This document shows positions 26,235-38,625 of a stretch of 64,000 bases of DNA, piece by piece. Each line of letters opens with the position of its first letter. Position 1 is the first letter of the stretch. The stretch comes from Hydrolagus affinis (Eukaryota). The notes under the pieces were generated by a model. It ran no database searches. It worked only from the letters and a program-made list of their open reading frames with translations, and was not told the origin of the DNA. The DNA lies in the NCBI GenBank assembly GCA_012026655.1, contig JAAILG010000183.1, forward strand, positions 1 through 64,000, in the 5' to 3' direction. Both the position numbers and the translations under genes were made by a program.

Positions 26235-26650
26235 GTGTTATGAGTCAGAAGATTGTGGGTTGAAGCCCCAAGTCAGGGCTTGGAATCACATAGTCCAAAG
26301 CCGACACTCCAACCCAGTGATTTGCAATGTGACCCTTGTTGTCAGAGGTGCCATCAGATGAGATGTTAAACCGAGGTCCCATCTGCCTGGTCAAGTGGAT
26401 GTTAAAGATCCTAATGGCACTATTCGAAAAGAGGAGGGAAATTCTTTTGTCTGGTGTTCTGGCAGCCAACAATCCCCAAAATAAAATTGGTTTCCTTCTC
26501 CATCCCTGTTTGTGGGACATCGCTGTCTTGTCCCACTAGCTGCTGCATTTTGCTCACAAAATACGGTATCAAATCACTACTCTGTGAAGCCCTTTGAAAT
26601 GTCTTGATGACATGACAAGGCGCTACATCAAATGCAAGGTTATAATTATT
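26235..26650 (+). mobile_element. DeuSINE-type SINE (SacSINE1/AmnSINE1-like), best-preserved copy
   Basis: gagtcagaagattgtgggttgaagcccc head, gtcagaggtgcc...gatgagatgttaaaccgaggtccc, gatgttaaagatcctaatggcactattcgaaaagag Deu core, and the shared L2-like tail. Other copies at about 30165-30400, 34830-35110, 41790-42065, 45780-46170, 52480-52755, 53160-53560, 57945-58250, 60500-60735 and 63620-63790. Confidence 0.82.
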
Positions 26651-27176
26651 ATAAACTGGCTAATTTCCTGTGTGTCCCAGTATCAGTAGTTTCCTGCAAC
26701 CACCGGAAATGTTTGCGAGAGGTCAACACAGATCCGTTGGCTTCCTGTATGTTACATGTGCAATGTTTAATTGAATTTAAACAAATTAGTATCAGAAAAA
26801 ACAAACATTTAAAGCTTCCCAATGGTCTAGCAGCTTTGCTCTAAGCCATTACGGATCAGAAATTTGATGGATAGCTTATCTCCAACGTGTGAGAGCTTGC
26901 AATTGGCCTCACAGCTAACCGCACAAGGAAGAGAAAAATATCAACCGTGTTCTTGCTCTTAGTCACTATACAGTGACTCAAATTGAAATGAACAAATGCG
27001 GATGTTGGCCAAGAGGAAGTAAGGCTTGAATATGCTTCTATGGTCCAATAGCTCCGAAAAGTCTCACTGCCAAAGATCCTAAGCAAAGGAAGGTAATTTA
27101 AGCGATGCAGCAGAGTACAGTGGATGCAAACATTGAACTATCTTTTTCAGGAGAAAGAATGAATCCAGTAGTATTA

Positions 27177-27395
27177 GACTCCAGCACCCACTGGGGTCCG
27201 CAAGCCTTGTCTCTTGCCAACCTGCGCATAATACTTTCCGGAATTACGTGAGCAGGATGCGTCCCTCCAGGGAGAGAGTGCGCATTCTATTCCAACAATT
27301 TATCTCCGGAATTTGGCGTGGAAATCTCAGATTGATTTGGATACTCTTAAGCATCAAATGATAGGTTTCCGAATGTGTCAAAGACACCTGGCTGA
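27177..27395 (+). repeat. Unclassified interspersed repeat, copy 1 (others: 28395-28512 -, 43970-44195 +, 54035-54300 +)
   Basis: Shared colinear motifs actccag, ctcttgccaacct, gtccctccaggga(g/t)agag(t/c)gcgcatt, tatctc(c/t)ggaattt and tttggatactcttaagca. Confidence 0.85.
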
Positions 27396-29702
27396 CCCAA
27401 AAAAAGACATCTGCAAGCTTGACACCTTCCTCACGGTGGTGCAGTGGAATGAGAGAGGCAGACACATTACTGCCATGTGCAAATCCAGTCGGGTTACCAC
27501 AAAATTAGCCTCAAATGATCCTGAACAGAAGTATTAACGTGATATTATCAGGAGAAGGCACAGCTGTGCACAGCTCACAGCTCCCTTTGCTCTTCCCGTT
27601 CAACAGACGGATCACAAGTTACCTGGGACACGGAGCAGTTAGCAGATGGGTGTCAAGTTGCACCGCAAGTGGTCAGAGGATCAGTTCCAACATTACTTAG
27701 ACACCAACATTGGTAATAGAACCTTGTATTTCTCGTGCCATCAAATTACATCTAGGATGCAGACAAATGCACTCGAACTTTGAAAACACATTTAGGATCT
27801 TTAGGGAGAGACAGAATCCATCTGTTGCTTTGCAAAAGGTAATATTTGAACTGTGTGCGGCCCGATCTATAAATTCGATTCGGAAAGGGTGCTGTGGTGC
27901 ATTTAAGTAAATTAGAGATTAAGGATCATCACTTGCAAAAGAAGAGCAATACAAAAGTGAAGGTATATACACGGTAATCACAAAAGTCAATGATTATTTC
28001 TACCTGGAAAAAAAAATGGAAAGATAAATACATTTCTGCTGCTTATAGCATTTTGATTTCTGAGCTCCTCCAAGTACTCTGACCCTCGTCCACACATTCC
28101 TGCCATCTAAACTCTCTTTACTTGCCGCACACTTTGATATTGCAAACCGGTTATAAATCTCACATTACAGTGAAATTTTCCACAATCCCATAAGAAGCTC
28201 TCTCCTAACCAATGGAATGCTCACACTTTAACTAAATTAACTCCTGATGAGAACCGATCTTTATTAATGATGTTCTTCACTGCATCAATGACTTCAACTT
28301 AATCCCTTTGCTCACATAGAAATGTGCTAATGGAATCTAGGCACAAGGGATTCCTACAGAAAGAAAACCAGATAGTACAGTAAATACAGTATACTGGGAC
28401 GCTTACCTAAATCCGGAAAATATTAGGCGAAAGTTGGCAAGAGCCAAGGCTTGGGGATCAATCAATGTGCACTGGTGTAATGCTGGAGTCTGACCAGCTA
28501 AAACTACAGAGCTTGCCATTGATAACAGTATCTTGCAAGCTTTTCCGCTGTATGTCCAGCTAGGACAACTCTATCCATTTGGGCTTTGCTTACAGGGAGA
28601 CAGGAGCTGAGTGGGATGACTTCCTGCCCCCAGTGACTGGTCTGCCCTTCCATGTGTGGGGTGGTGTGGTAAGCAGGTTAAGGATGTCACATCTGGACAC
28701 ATACGGTGAACTTGTCAGAGAGTTTCGCTCTGTCCTGGTAAACTGTTACCATTATTAGTTACCATAATCCAAATAACAGGCAAACTTTCTAGAGTAGATC
28801 AAGCGGAGCTAGATTTTATCTGCACCGTTTAAGTTGTATTTAACACTCAATAAGTCACTGTATGCAAGCTTCAAGTGTATTTCAACTGTACCTGTCATTT
28901 TAATGGTTGAGAGCACTGGCCACAATTGTCCATTAATCCACTATTCTCTTGATCATGAAGATTCATCTTTCAATAACTAAATGCCAATATTTTGGGGCAA
29001 ATCTGAGCATTACAGTAAATGGAATGCAATGCTGATGCACTGACAGTATTCTCATCCTCCACATCAGTGCAGCATGTAAATCATGCTTTGTTCCAGAGCC
29101 TTGGGATGTCCTCCTGACGTGAAAGGTGGTATAAAAGTGTAATTTCGTTGTTGTTAGCTGTTGGCCGTGACTGTCTCGAAGATGTGATAAGGCGCTATAG
29201 CAAATGCAAGGATTATTATTATTATTGGCCTGGTTGAGTTGGTAACACTTTGCCAATTTTATTGACGTGCACATATTTGACTCCCAAACATACAGCAACT
29301 TACAGCAAATCCCTTCTCCTGACCTAGTTCATACCTATTAGGGGCTTAGGTTGTGCAGTGTAAACCATTGCCTGAACTCACTCAAGTCATTGTCTGAGAC
29401 CGTGGTCACTGAAGGGATGCTGAGATACCATCCAGTCCCAATGATGTGGCCACATGTTGTCCGAAACGTAAATCAGAATGGTTCTTAAGCTAGCCGCAGG
29501 TGGAGTCCACAATTTTTAATTATGAGCAACCGCAAAGTGAAATTAGATTTAAAAAACGCGAGGCCCCATTCTCTTCCTGAAGGTGTTAGAATGAGCAGTT
29601 TGAGGCCCAGTGTAGCAGCTGCATTTGAGCAACAGATGGTGAGGTGAATGTGACATTTTAGCCTTGGGGTTACACAGCCCTCAATCTGGCACATTTACTT
29701 AC

Positions 29703-29894
29703 CTTCTTCTTCGAAGCGAGGACAGGTTTTGAAAAGGCAAAGAGAGGGACAGCCAGGTTGATGAAGCCGTTTCTGTAGGAGACGTTTGACCTGTGACCCT
29801 GCACGATCTTGTAGAGTTCCAGACAAACCAGGCCAACGATTGCCGCTGTGGTGGTAGCAATGGCTGGGATGATTCTACCTGCGATAAGCTTGCT
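29703..29894 (-). CDS. UBA7: E1 exon F, 192 nt: [64 protein letters not shown]
   Basis: Acceptor gctgcag|, donor |gtaagt, phase 0/0. Contains the hallmark [11 protein letters not shown] motif of the E1 active adenylation domain. Confidence 0.96.
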
Positions 29895-30801
29895 CTGCAG
29901 CAATCAAAAGTAAAATTATTTTTAGACATTTTCTCACTGTATTAAAGATGTACAGTACACTTTCTTTACTCTTCAAAATGTCACAGAAGCAAATGTTATT
30001 CTGCGCGTTATCCAGTGTACATAAAAATACTATCCTGTCTCAAGGCACTTTTGCAGGATTTTACTGTGAAGTGTTGTGACTGCGTTTTTTGTCAGTGAAC
30101 AATTTGAGTGCAGCAATATCCCACAAACAGCCCTGGAGTAAATTACTGATTTTATTTTGGGGAATTATTATTAATAATAATCCTTGTATATGGTGTAGTG
30201 CTTTATCACCTTGAGATGTCTCAAAGCACTTTATATACAAAGTGGAATTGATTGTGTGTTTTGTGGGTGAACCACGGCAGCCAAGAAGTTGGCCAAAACA
30301 CCAGGAAAAACTCCCTTCTCTTTTCGAAAGTACCATGGAAGCTTTAATGTCCAACTGAACAGGCAGACAAGGACCTCAGTTTAATATCTTTATGTTCACC
30401 ATTGCAGTAGCAACCCCAACCAGTACTGTAATGTATTGCAGTTCAGGCTCGACTATGTGAATCAGACTAGACCATCCAGAATAGCAGTTGGGAGTTACTT
30501 GGGCTCAAGCCAGGTTTCGTTTCCCTGCAGGTGAGTATCCAGTGGTGAAAAATATTAAATACAATAGTAAACAGCAGTTCCAGAGAGGATTTATAGTAAA
30601 AAAAAATGGTACCAGGATGTTGAAGTAATTATGAATTTGATATAGGTCTTTTCATGTCGGGATGGTGTCTCAAAGCACTTCACAGGATATACAGTAAAAC
30701 CTAGTGACTGCGTATTTGTAGACAAAATATAATATTATGCCAAAAGGTAATGTTTTGCCCTTTCCAAATGTTTCCATTCCCTCTTCATCTTGAATCAGTC
30801 G

Positions 30802-30955
30802 TGTGGAGTTCTGTAGCTCAGTGGTTAGAGCACTTGCCTTACAAGCGAGAGACCTGGGTCTAAATTCTAGGCAGATCGAAACCGTATATTCTGTGAAGCG
30901 CTTTGAGACGTCTAGAAGATGTGAAAACCGCTATATCAAATGCAACATAAATGTT
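30802..30955 (+). mobile_element. Minimal SINE: tRNA head fused directly to 3' tail
   Basis: gtggagttctgtagctcagtggttagagc...cgaaacc|gtatattctgtgaagcgctttgagacgtctagaagatgtgaaaaccgctatatcaaatgcaa. Confidence 0.8.
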
Positions 30956-31732
30956 ATTGTATTATTAACTCTGAATCCCATTCCCCTGTTCTTTTTCCAT
31001 ACTGTTTAGTATTACAGCAGCAACAAAATTGAATTTGTATACCACCTTTCACTTTGGGAGGACGTCCCAAGGCACTGATAGTTGCCTAAGTATTTATCCA
31101 CTTACCTTTAAGAGTTCTTATGGGCTCTGATATGTGTAGACTGCTGAGAATGAAGAATGGATCATTTTAACTGAACTCACTGAAAACAATATAATTACTG
31201 AGGCAGCAATCTAGCGTGCCTCAGGGCTGCATTGCCCATCAGGGTGCCTAGACTAAACTAGACTTCAAAATAATTAGACTCAAAATGGAGTCAGATGTTC
31301 TTAATGTTAGTCACAAATATGTAATACCCTATATTAGTCTGTCCTAATCAGTATTGTATTTGACTTGAGTGTTTTGATACATACACGATTGAGAGATCCA
31401 TTCTGTTTCGCGGCACTGAGAACTCTCACATTGACAAAGACAAACAAGTATAGAAAGAAATAAGCTTATGCATACAATACATACATCCCCACCATCCTCT
31501 GGTAATCAGAAAGCTATGTGAAGTGCTTTGAGAAATCACCCAATGTGAAAGCTGCTGATATAAATGTAATCATTGCCATTGATAGATCTCAATTTAAGCA
31601 ATGATCTGAGGCCTTAATTTGCAATGAATCCATGGCAAAGTATTCAGCAAAGAAAATGTACAGGATCCACTCAAGCTCATATCTCTCCCTCTTTCTCTCC
31701 TCACTGCAGATGCCATAATCAAAATATTAGGC

Positions 31733-31950
31733 ACATAGGAACAGGAGGAAGCCATTCAGCCCCTCAAATCTGTTCTGCCATTCTATTAGATTATGGCTGA
31801 TCTGGTGCTCCATTTTCCTGCCTTTGCTTCATATCCATTGATACCCCTTACAAAACAAAAAAAAATCAGTCTTTCAAATTAGATTGGTTCCAGCGTTTCA
31901 ACCTTTTAGGTGGAAAGAGTTCCAGATTTCCACTACCCTATGTGTGATAT
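31733..31950 (-). mobile_element. CR1 LINE 3' end (related copies about 37128-37370 -, 41637-41730 -, 63790-63878 +)
   Basis: cataggaacaggag...gccattcagcccctc...attagattatggctgatctg...ttccagatttccactaccct is the reverse complement of a typical CR1 terminus. Confidence 0.75.
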
Positions 31951-32531
31951 ATGATGCTAAGAGTGCATCGCTTTAAGCATAAGGCTGGGGTGATCTGCCA
32001 CGTCTGGAACTGCCCAGCTGTTTATCACCAATGAGTTTCCAAATGCTATCACCTGCAGCACTTGACACAATGCCGAGCATGTGCTCATGATATCATCTTG
32101 GCTTGGGTGCAACTTATAATGATAGTGAAACCGCCATCTGTGGCTTTCTTCCAGTCTGAGAGCCAGAGCTATTAAGGCGTAATGTGTATCCATCACATTC
32201 TTACAGTATTGTAATGTTGAACAGGATTTAAAAAGTTTGGAACTGCAACGTTTGTAAAGAGAGAGCTCTTAGAATGATTTAATTTTACGCTAGTGTAAGA
32301 AACAAAAAAGTTTAATAATAAGTTAGTTCTCAAATTGTGAATTTTCCCTCCTCTCTCAGAGGTGTTTTTCCAAAGGTGTTTTATTTATTTATGTCTTTTT
32401 CTACCAAGATGCAGTTCTGCAGAACATTGCCCAAGTTCCACACGGAAAGCACATGTGAGCTTGATTCTGTCCTCATCTCATGTCCACACAAATGTTCCTT
32501 CCAGGGGAAGGGGCCTCTCGATACCTTGGGT

Positions 32532-32880
32532 AAATAATAATAATAATAATATTCCTTGCATTTAATATAGCACCTTATCACATCTTCAAGACGTCTCAAA
32601 GCACTTCACAGAATATACTGTAAAGTGAATTGACTGTATATTTTTTGGGTGAAACACGGCAGCCAATTGCCCACAACAAACAGTTTTGGATTGAGTGACC
32701 AATCTTTCATTTAATTTAAAAAAAATAATTACACTTGAAAAAGCAATCCACCAATTGACTAACAACCAAATTCCTATTTACTACAGTACCAGGTAAACAG
32801 AGGTAATGTGCAGTGAGGAAACTTGCCTAAGGCTTTGCCCAGCCCTGGAATCAATCAAACCAAGGCTCTCTTGCTTAAAT
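32532..32880 (-). mobile_element. tRNA-head SINE, long subfamily
   Basis: (AAT)n tail at 32533-32550, body, partial head. Confidence 0.82.
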
Positions 32881-33739
32881 ATCTTCTCCCTCACCCACTG
32901 CAGATCTAACTACTATCCCAAGTCTAAGAAGCAAACTCAGCACACAGCAGGATCGGAACTTGTGACTTCAATGCCTGACCTCGTGTTGAAGTTCATTCAC
33001 GACCATTGGCAGAGGATATATCAGTGGATTAAGTCAGGCATGGGAAAGCCACTCTGGGAATGGAGAAGCTCTGGGAAATACTGGATCAGACAGACATCGG
33101 TAAAGATGAGAACAAATAACATGTAAACCTCACATGCAACTTTGATCCTTACACTTTAGTGCTTCAGATGCCTGGGGGAATAAAGATACAGTGACTGTGA
33201 GGGGCTCAGCTCCACTGCTCAGACGCATGCAAAACTGAGGGTACTTAATCTGAAGAATTATTAGTTTGTCTGTAAAGAAACATTAACAGCTGAAGCGAGT
33301 CTGGGTCTCTGCTTGAACTTTATCCCATGTTACTGTAAGTACTGACTGATTCAACCCAGCTGTGGTTAAAGGGCTCCTTTATGAGGCAAAGAAAGCCACC
33401 TTTCCCAGCATTCACAGCTGCCCCTGTGTCAACCCACTTCCTTTTCCAATCAAGCCATGCTAAGCTAGCTCTCAATGGGGCTTGGGGGGGAGGGAAACCA
33501 TTATGAGATTCCCTCTGTTGCTTTGGTTTATAAATAAACCTTACATTTAATACCGTGCCTAAATAATGCAGGAGGATGTCGCGAAGTACAGTGACATATT
33601 TTATGAGTGAACAGGGCAACAAATTTTCACACAAAAATGTCCCACAAACAAAGTGAATGACCAATTCTATTTAAGAATCTCCCTTCTCTTAATTTACAGC
33701 AGACGGGCCACATTTATAGCCCCCCCTACATCCGTAAAC

Positions 33740-34110
33740 CTCCTAAACCCCTACTAACCTGTCTGCTCCCTCTGCTCAGTGGACTCCGGCCTGCTCTGTG
33801 TCCCCCAACCCACCTGCCTTCAGCCATTCTGCCCCCATCCTCTGGAATTCCATCCCGCAATCTCTCCAATTTATCTCTCGCTGGCAGCATCAACCTCCAA
33901 GGTTGCTCACTCGACCCCAGGTGTCTTATTTGACCCTCAACTGTCTTTCGTCCCCTACATCCAAGCAATAACCTGCTCTGCCTTTCCTCATCTCTGCAAT
34001 ATTGCCCGACACCGCCACTACTTCACCCCCAAAACTGCTGAAACCCTCACCAATCCTTCATTACATCCAGGCTCGACTATGCAAATGCCCCGCTTGTCTG
34101 CCTTCCAGGA
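33740..34110 (+). mobile_element. L2 LINE ORF2 fragment
   Basis: Translation GVLFDPQLSFVPYIQAITCSAFPHLCNIARHRHYFTPKTAETL, then SRLDY-like; C-rich strand. Confidence 0.82.
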
Positions 34111-35537
34111 TTATTACAATTTCTATTATGCTACAAAAAGGACAAGGCTTTAAAAATGTATATGTTATTTTCCTTGAGTACTATACACTAAAACTAAATT
34201 TTTCCTTGCATTGTTGCTTTCAGTGCACACATCACACAGGACTAAGAAGTTGGGTGCCAATGGCTGCTCTGACCAGCCACTAGGAGGCATTTGAATGGAC
34301 GAACATGGTCATTATTTCCTACATGTACCCTTCTACCTCATATTGGCTGACATGGATGGGGGAGGAGGGGAAACCTGTGGCCGAGCTCCAACCTGGCCTC
34401 CCACGGCACTGCTGTTGAGACAAGGGCTCTCTGTTTTTGTTAAGATTAAGTCTGTGGAATTACAAGCGTCCTCGACTGTCCATTAGAAAACGCTTCACAA
34501 GCACTTAATCTGAGAGGATGTTGATAGAGATAATGGACTCACAGCTATGTTTGCCTCCAAGGTCTGTCTTGGGTCTTTACTATACAGAATTCGTCGGCAC
34601 CTGGGCGACGGATTTAATGCTAAACTATACTTGATAAACAATGTATAAAATGTTCATTAGTGAGCAAAATTGATTCAGCTGTCCTCCAGAACAGACTAAT
34701 TGACAGAATTAATACTGACAATCCTTGTTTTTGATTCAACAATAAATTACATTTGGATATTGCCTTTCTTGTCAGGAGGATGACCCAAGGCGCTGGACAG
34801 TCAGGGATCCGCATACAGTGCCTCATCATGTCGGTGAGATGTCACAAAGCATTTCACAGACTTTGACTATATTTCTAGATGAATACAGTAGCCGCAGCAA
34901 AGTCCCCAGACAGCCTTGAAGAGAGAAGCATTTTTTTTAAATTTAGGGGCCAAGGCATCGGGGGAAACTCGATTCACTTGTCAAATAGTGCCGTGAGATC
35001 TTTAACATCCAATTGAACTTAGTTTAACATCTCATGCGAAGGATGGCACCTCCAACAACATAGCGTACTGCATTGGAGAGCCAGTGTAGACTGTGAGTTC
35101 AACGACTGATATTCCGAAGTGAAAGACGCTATATAAAATGTAACAATTACATTATTACTAACTTCCCGCAAGGACGGAGGAAATCATTTTCAATTTGTCG
35201 ACAGTTTCAGGGATTGGAAGTGGGAGGAGAGATCAACTTTATTGTTAAGCGAACTGGCATTTATTTTTCCTTTTCTGCTTATAAACCACGGCCCAGTCTC
35301 CAGCCAAGTATGCAACTTGTTCAAAGGCTCTCCCACCCACCCATCTAATATATATTTATTCTCTTTCCCTGATTCATTCGTGTTCTGGGTTAAATTTCCC
35401 CAGTCCAAATGGGGTGATTTAAAAAAGTTGATCAGGGTTTCTATTTGCTGTTTAGCAATTTCTGGTAGAAAGTTAGTGTGTGGATGTGTGCTTTTAACGT
35501 GTGTTTATATCATACTAGCAGAACCCGGTGCAAATTC

Positions 35538-35596
35538 AACAACAACAACTTCGATTTATATAGCGCCCTCCACGCCGGACGGAGTCTCAGAGCGCT
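35538..35596 (-). mobile_element. Extremely 5'-truncated L2 3' terminus
   Basis: Revcomp of cgctctgagac(a/t)ccgtccggcgtggagggcgctatataaatcgaagttgttgttg, nearly identical to the L2 end at 49450-49508. Confidence 0.8.
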
Positions 35597-37904
35597 TAAA
35601 TTCGCTTGTAAACAAAGGATCCAATATGGAATGCAGATTGACACACAGCCAGACGTTTGTTGGTAGGATTGTAAATATGTAAATGTATACGTGTGTGTGG
35701 CGTGTGTATGTGCACGTATGCCCAGAGGTCTCTGTGTGGCTGAGGGCAGGATTGAGTGAACCCCCTCCCCCCACCCTCATACACACACACACACACACTA
35801 AAATAGAGGAGAAATAATTGAAAGCCAGCAAAGACATTTTAACTTCATTAATATTACAACTGTTCATGATTTCATGCATTGCAGATGGTTGTTTACACTT
35901 ATCTCCTTTAAATAACCAGATGGATTAACTCTCCTCTCCATCCTAAACCCTTGTGTATAATAAATGGAACCAAAATTCAGACAAATACAGAGTAGCCTTT
36001 CCCCCTGCAGATCCGGCCTGCTCTCTCCTGATTATTCCAGACACACAGGAACGGCTCATAGCCCACGCTAAGTGTTATATCACACAATTGGAAGTAGATC
36101 GCCACACAAAAACACAGCTGTTCTGAGTTGGCCAGACTGTTGTATATTCCGATACGTGCAGTGCTACCCATATTGGTATCACCAGATTGTGCACAGAATT
36201 GTTTCTGGCTCCACAGCTGACGGGATTCTGGCTCAGAGTTTGACGGGTTCCTGGCTGGTTCAGTACTCTACCCAGTGTAAATCTAACACAAGGTCTGAAA
36301 TTCATAACATTCAATCTCACTGTGGTAGATACATCCCTAAACTATGCTCTTATGGAGAGGGAGAATATCTAAGTGGTGATGGGGGTGTGTATTGACCCCC
36401 ATGCAGAGACTAATAGGTCGATAGATTGTTCAGCTAATGACTGCTGTTTAATTGCCTTGTTGTGTACAATTAAGGTGCCTCTGATGCAACAATGCTTGAA
36501 TCTGGGTTCGTGCGAAGGATGGCCACTGGATCAACAAGTAGTTGGCACGAGTAGCTATCTCAGGAAAGAGAGTCAAAGGGGTGAAGAGGACCTAGAAAGA
36601 TTAGACGACCAATATCCACCAAGATAACTTTTTGTTTATCAACATGATGGATGAATAAGGCATAATTCTCACATGCCTTTGTGCCATCTTAGGTCAGACA
36701 ATAGTAACTGGCACATTTACAATAACCAGCGTATTGCCCTAGTTTAATTGGTAGCATTCTTACCTATGAGTAAGATTGCGCATTCAAAGTTGTCGGAACT
36801 GTGAGCTCATAATCCTGGGGAATTGTTACTCAGTGCTGGGGTAATGCCCAGGTTTCGCCCACTTGGGATTCGGACTCGGGTCCTCTCACTTGCGAAGTGA
36901 GCCCTCTAACCACTACGCTTGGGGACGTTGTTCCCTGCAAAGCGCGTTTATAAGCACAATTGCTGATATTCACCAGAATATCCTCCGTGCCTGAACATGT
37001 GCATGCACTCACAATGTGTGACCAATATTTTGTGGTTTGCTACTTTATACAAATCCAAACCAGAGTGAGGACTATTTAATTGAAACTGAAACTGTTCAGC
37101 ATCTATTAATCTGTCAGATTCCCTGTCATAGGAACATAGGAACAGGAATAGGCCTTTCAGCCTTTCGAGCCTGTTCCTCCATTTAATTAGATCATGGCTG
37201 ATCTGTGCTTCTACTAATCATTTCAATTCCATTTTCCCACTTTCCCCCCATATCCCTTGATACCCTCCCTGATCTACCAAAGATCTAATCAACCTCACTC
37301 TTGAAGGTGTGGATGGATCCAGGATCCATAGCCTTTTAGGGGAGAGAATTACAGATTTCTACCACCCTATTGTCTTGGCCAACAATAGCCAAATATAATA
37401 ATGATGGTTGTTTATAGACACTGATATATTTAAGTGCCATGAGCTGGGAAGCCACTGGAATAGTCCTGCTGGGAAGTGATGAAGGCAGGAGGACGCAGGT
37501 TTCCGATCATTCAAACCAAATTGATTTTATTGGCTTTTAGTTAGCTGTTTATTAATTTAACTAGATTTTGCATGTTCATTCAAAGGCCGCAGTAGTTTAC
37601 TGTCAGGCCAAATGCTTTACATATGACTAAATCAATACTTCATTTAAAGTGCTGAATATACAGCTATATCTGGAGAATGAGTCCATGGGCTGGTTTCATT
37701 AGATTAGTGAAGACATTTATACCAAAAGGCAAGTTAAGTTTCTACTAATTAAAAGATGGAAATTAGCCTCGAGTCAATCTAGTTTAAGATTTCAAGACAC
37801 ACCTGTTTCTTGGAATCAGAAATCAAAAGTGAATGGATTGCTCATTTTACTCTCATCCTTAGTTTGCAATTTCCAAGACATTTTATTTTCCTTTCTCTTT
37901 CAAT

Positions 37905-38172
37905 TTAGATCCAAGTTCAGGTTCTTCAATGTCACCTTTACATCTCCACAGTCTTGCTCCACCTTATCTCTGTGACCTCCTTCAACCTCACCAAACTGGC
38001 TACTCCCTTCACTCAACAAGCACCAGCCTGTTTCATGTTCCACCCTCACTATTTCACCCTATCGGTGGATTTTCAGCTTTCTGGCCCCGCTCTCTGGCAC
38101 TCCATCCCGGAGTCTCTAGGACGTCCTTCTCGCCTCAACTCATTCAAGGTCCATCTCAAGAAGTACCTCTTC
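37905..38172 (+). mobile_element. L2 LINE 3' fragment
   Basis: LHSLAPPYLCDLLQP and PALWHSIPESL...NSFKVHLKKYLF in adjacent frames. Confidence 0.8.
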
Positions 38173-38625
38173 AATAATAATAATCCTTGTATTTGATGAA
38201 GCGCTTGATCACTTCTTCGAGACGTCTCAAAGCGCTTCACAGAATACACTGTAAACTGATTGACTATTTTTGCCAATTGCGCACAACAATGTCCCACAAA
38301 CAGTCATGGAATCGGTGACCATATTATTATAATATTTTTTGGGAGGGATTATTACTCTGGGTTCCTACTTATTGCTGGAGTCCTGTAGCTCAGTGGTTTG
38401 AGCGTTTGCCTTGCTAGTGAGAGACCAGAGTTCGATTCCAGGCAGAGCAAAACCATGGGCAAGATTCCTTCCTCCACATGACTGATAATAATCCCTTGAA
38501 AAAAAGCAGTAATATATTGGTAATTTCAATCCATAACTGTTTGTAATAGATAAACAGAGGTCTGTGGAATGAGGAAACTTGTTTGAGTTTTCAGCCCGCC
38601 CAGAAGTTGAACCTGGGTCCTACCC
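38173..38625. mobile_element. Nested SINEs: + short-subfamily copy (about 38377-38545) inside a - long-subfamily copy
   Basis: The minus copy is interrupted after gggttcctacttattgct and resumes at tagataaacagagg. Confidence 0.72.

Noticed and set aside
29030-29080. Minus-strand CCTDVEDE resembling the last UBA1 exon (CCNDESGEDV)
   Set aside because: There is an in-frame stop just upstream, no acceptor, no VPY motif, and no room for the two preceding exons.
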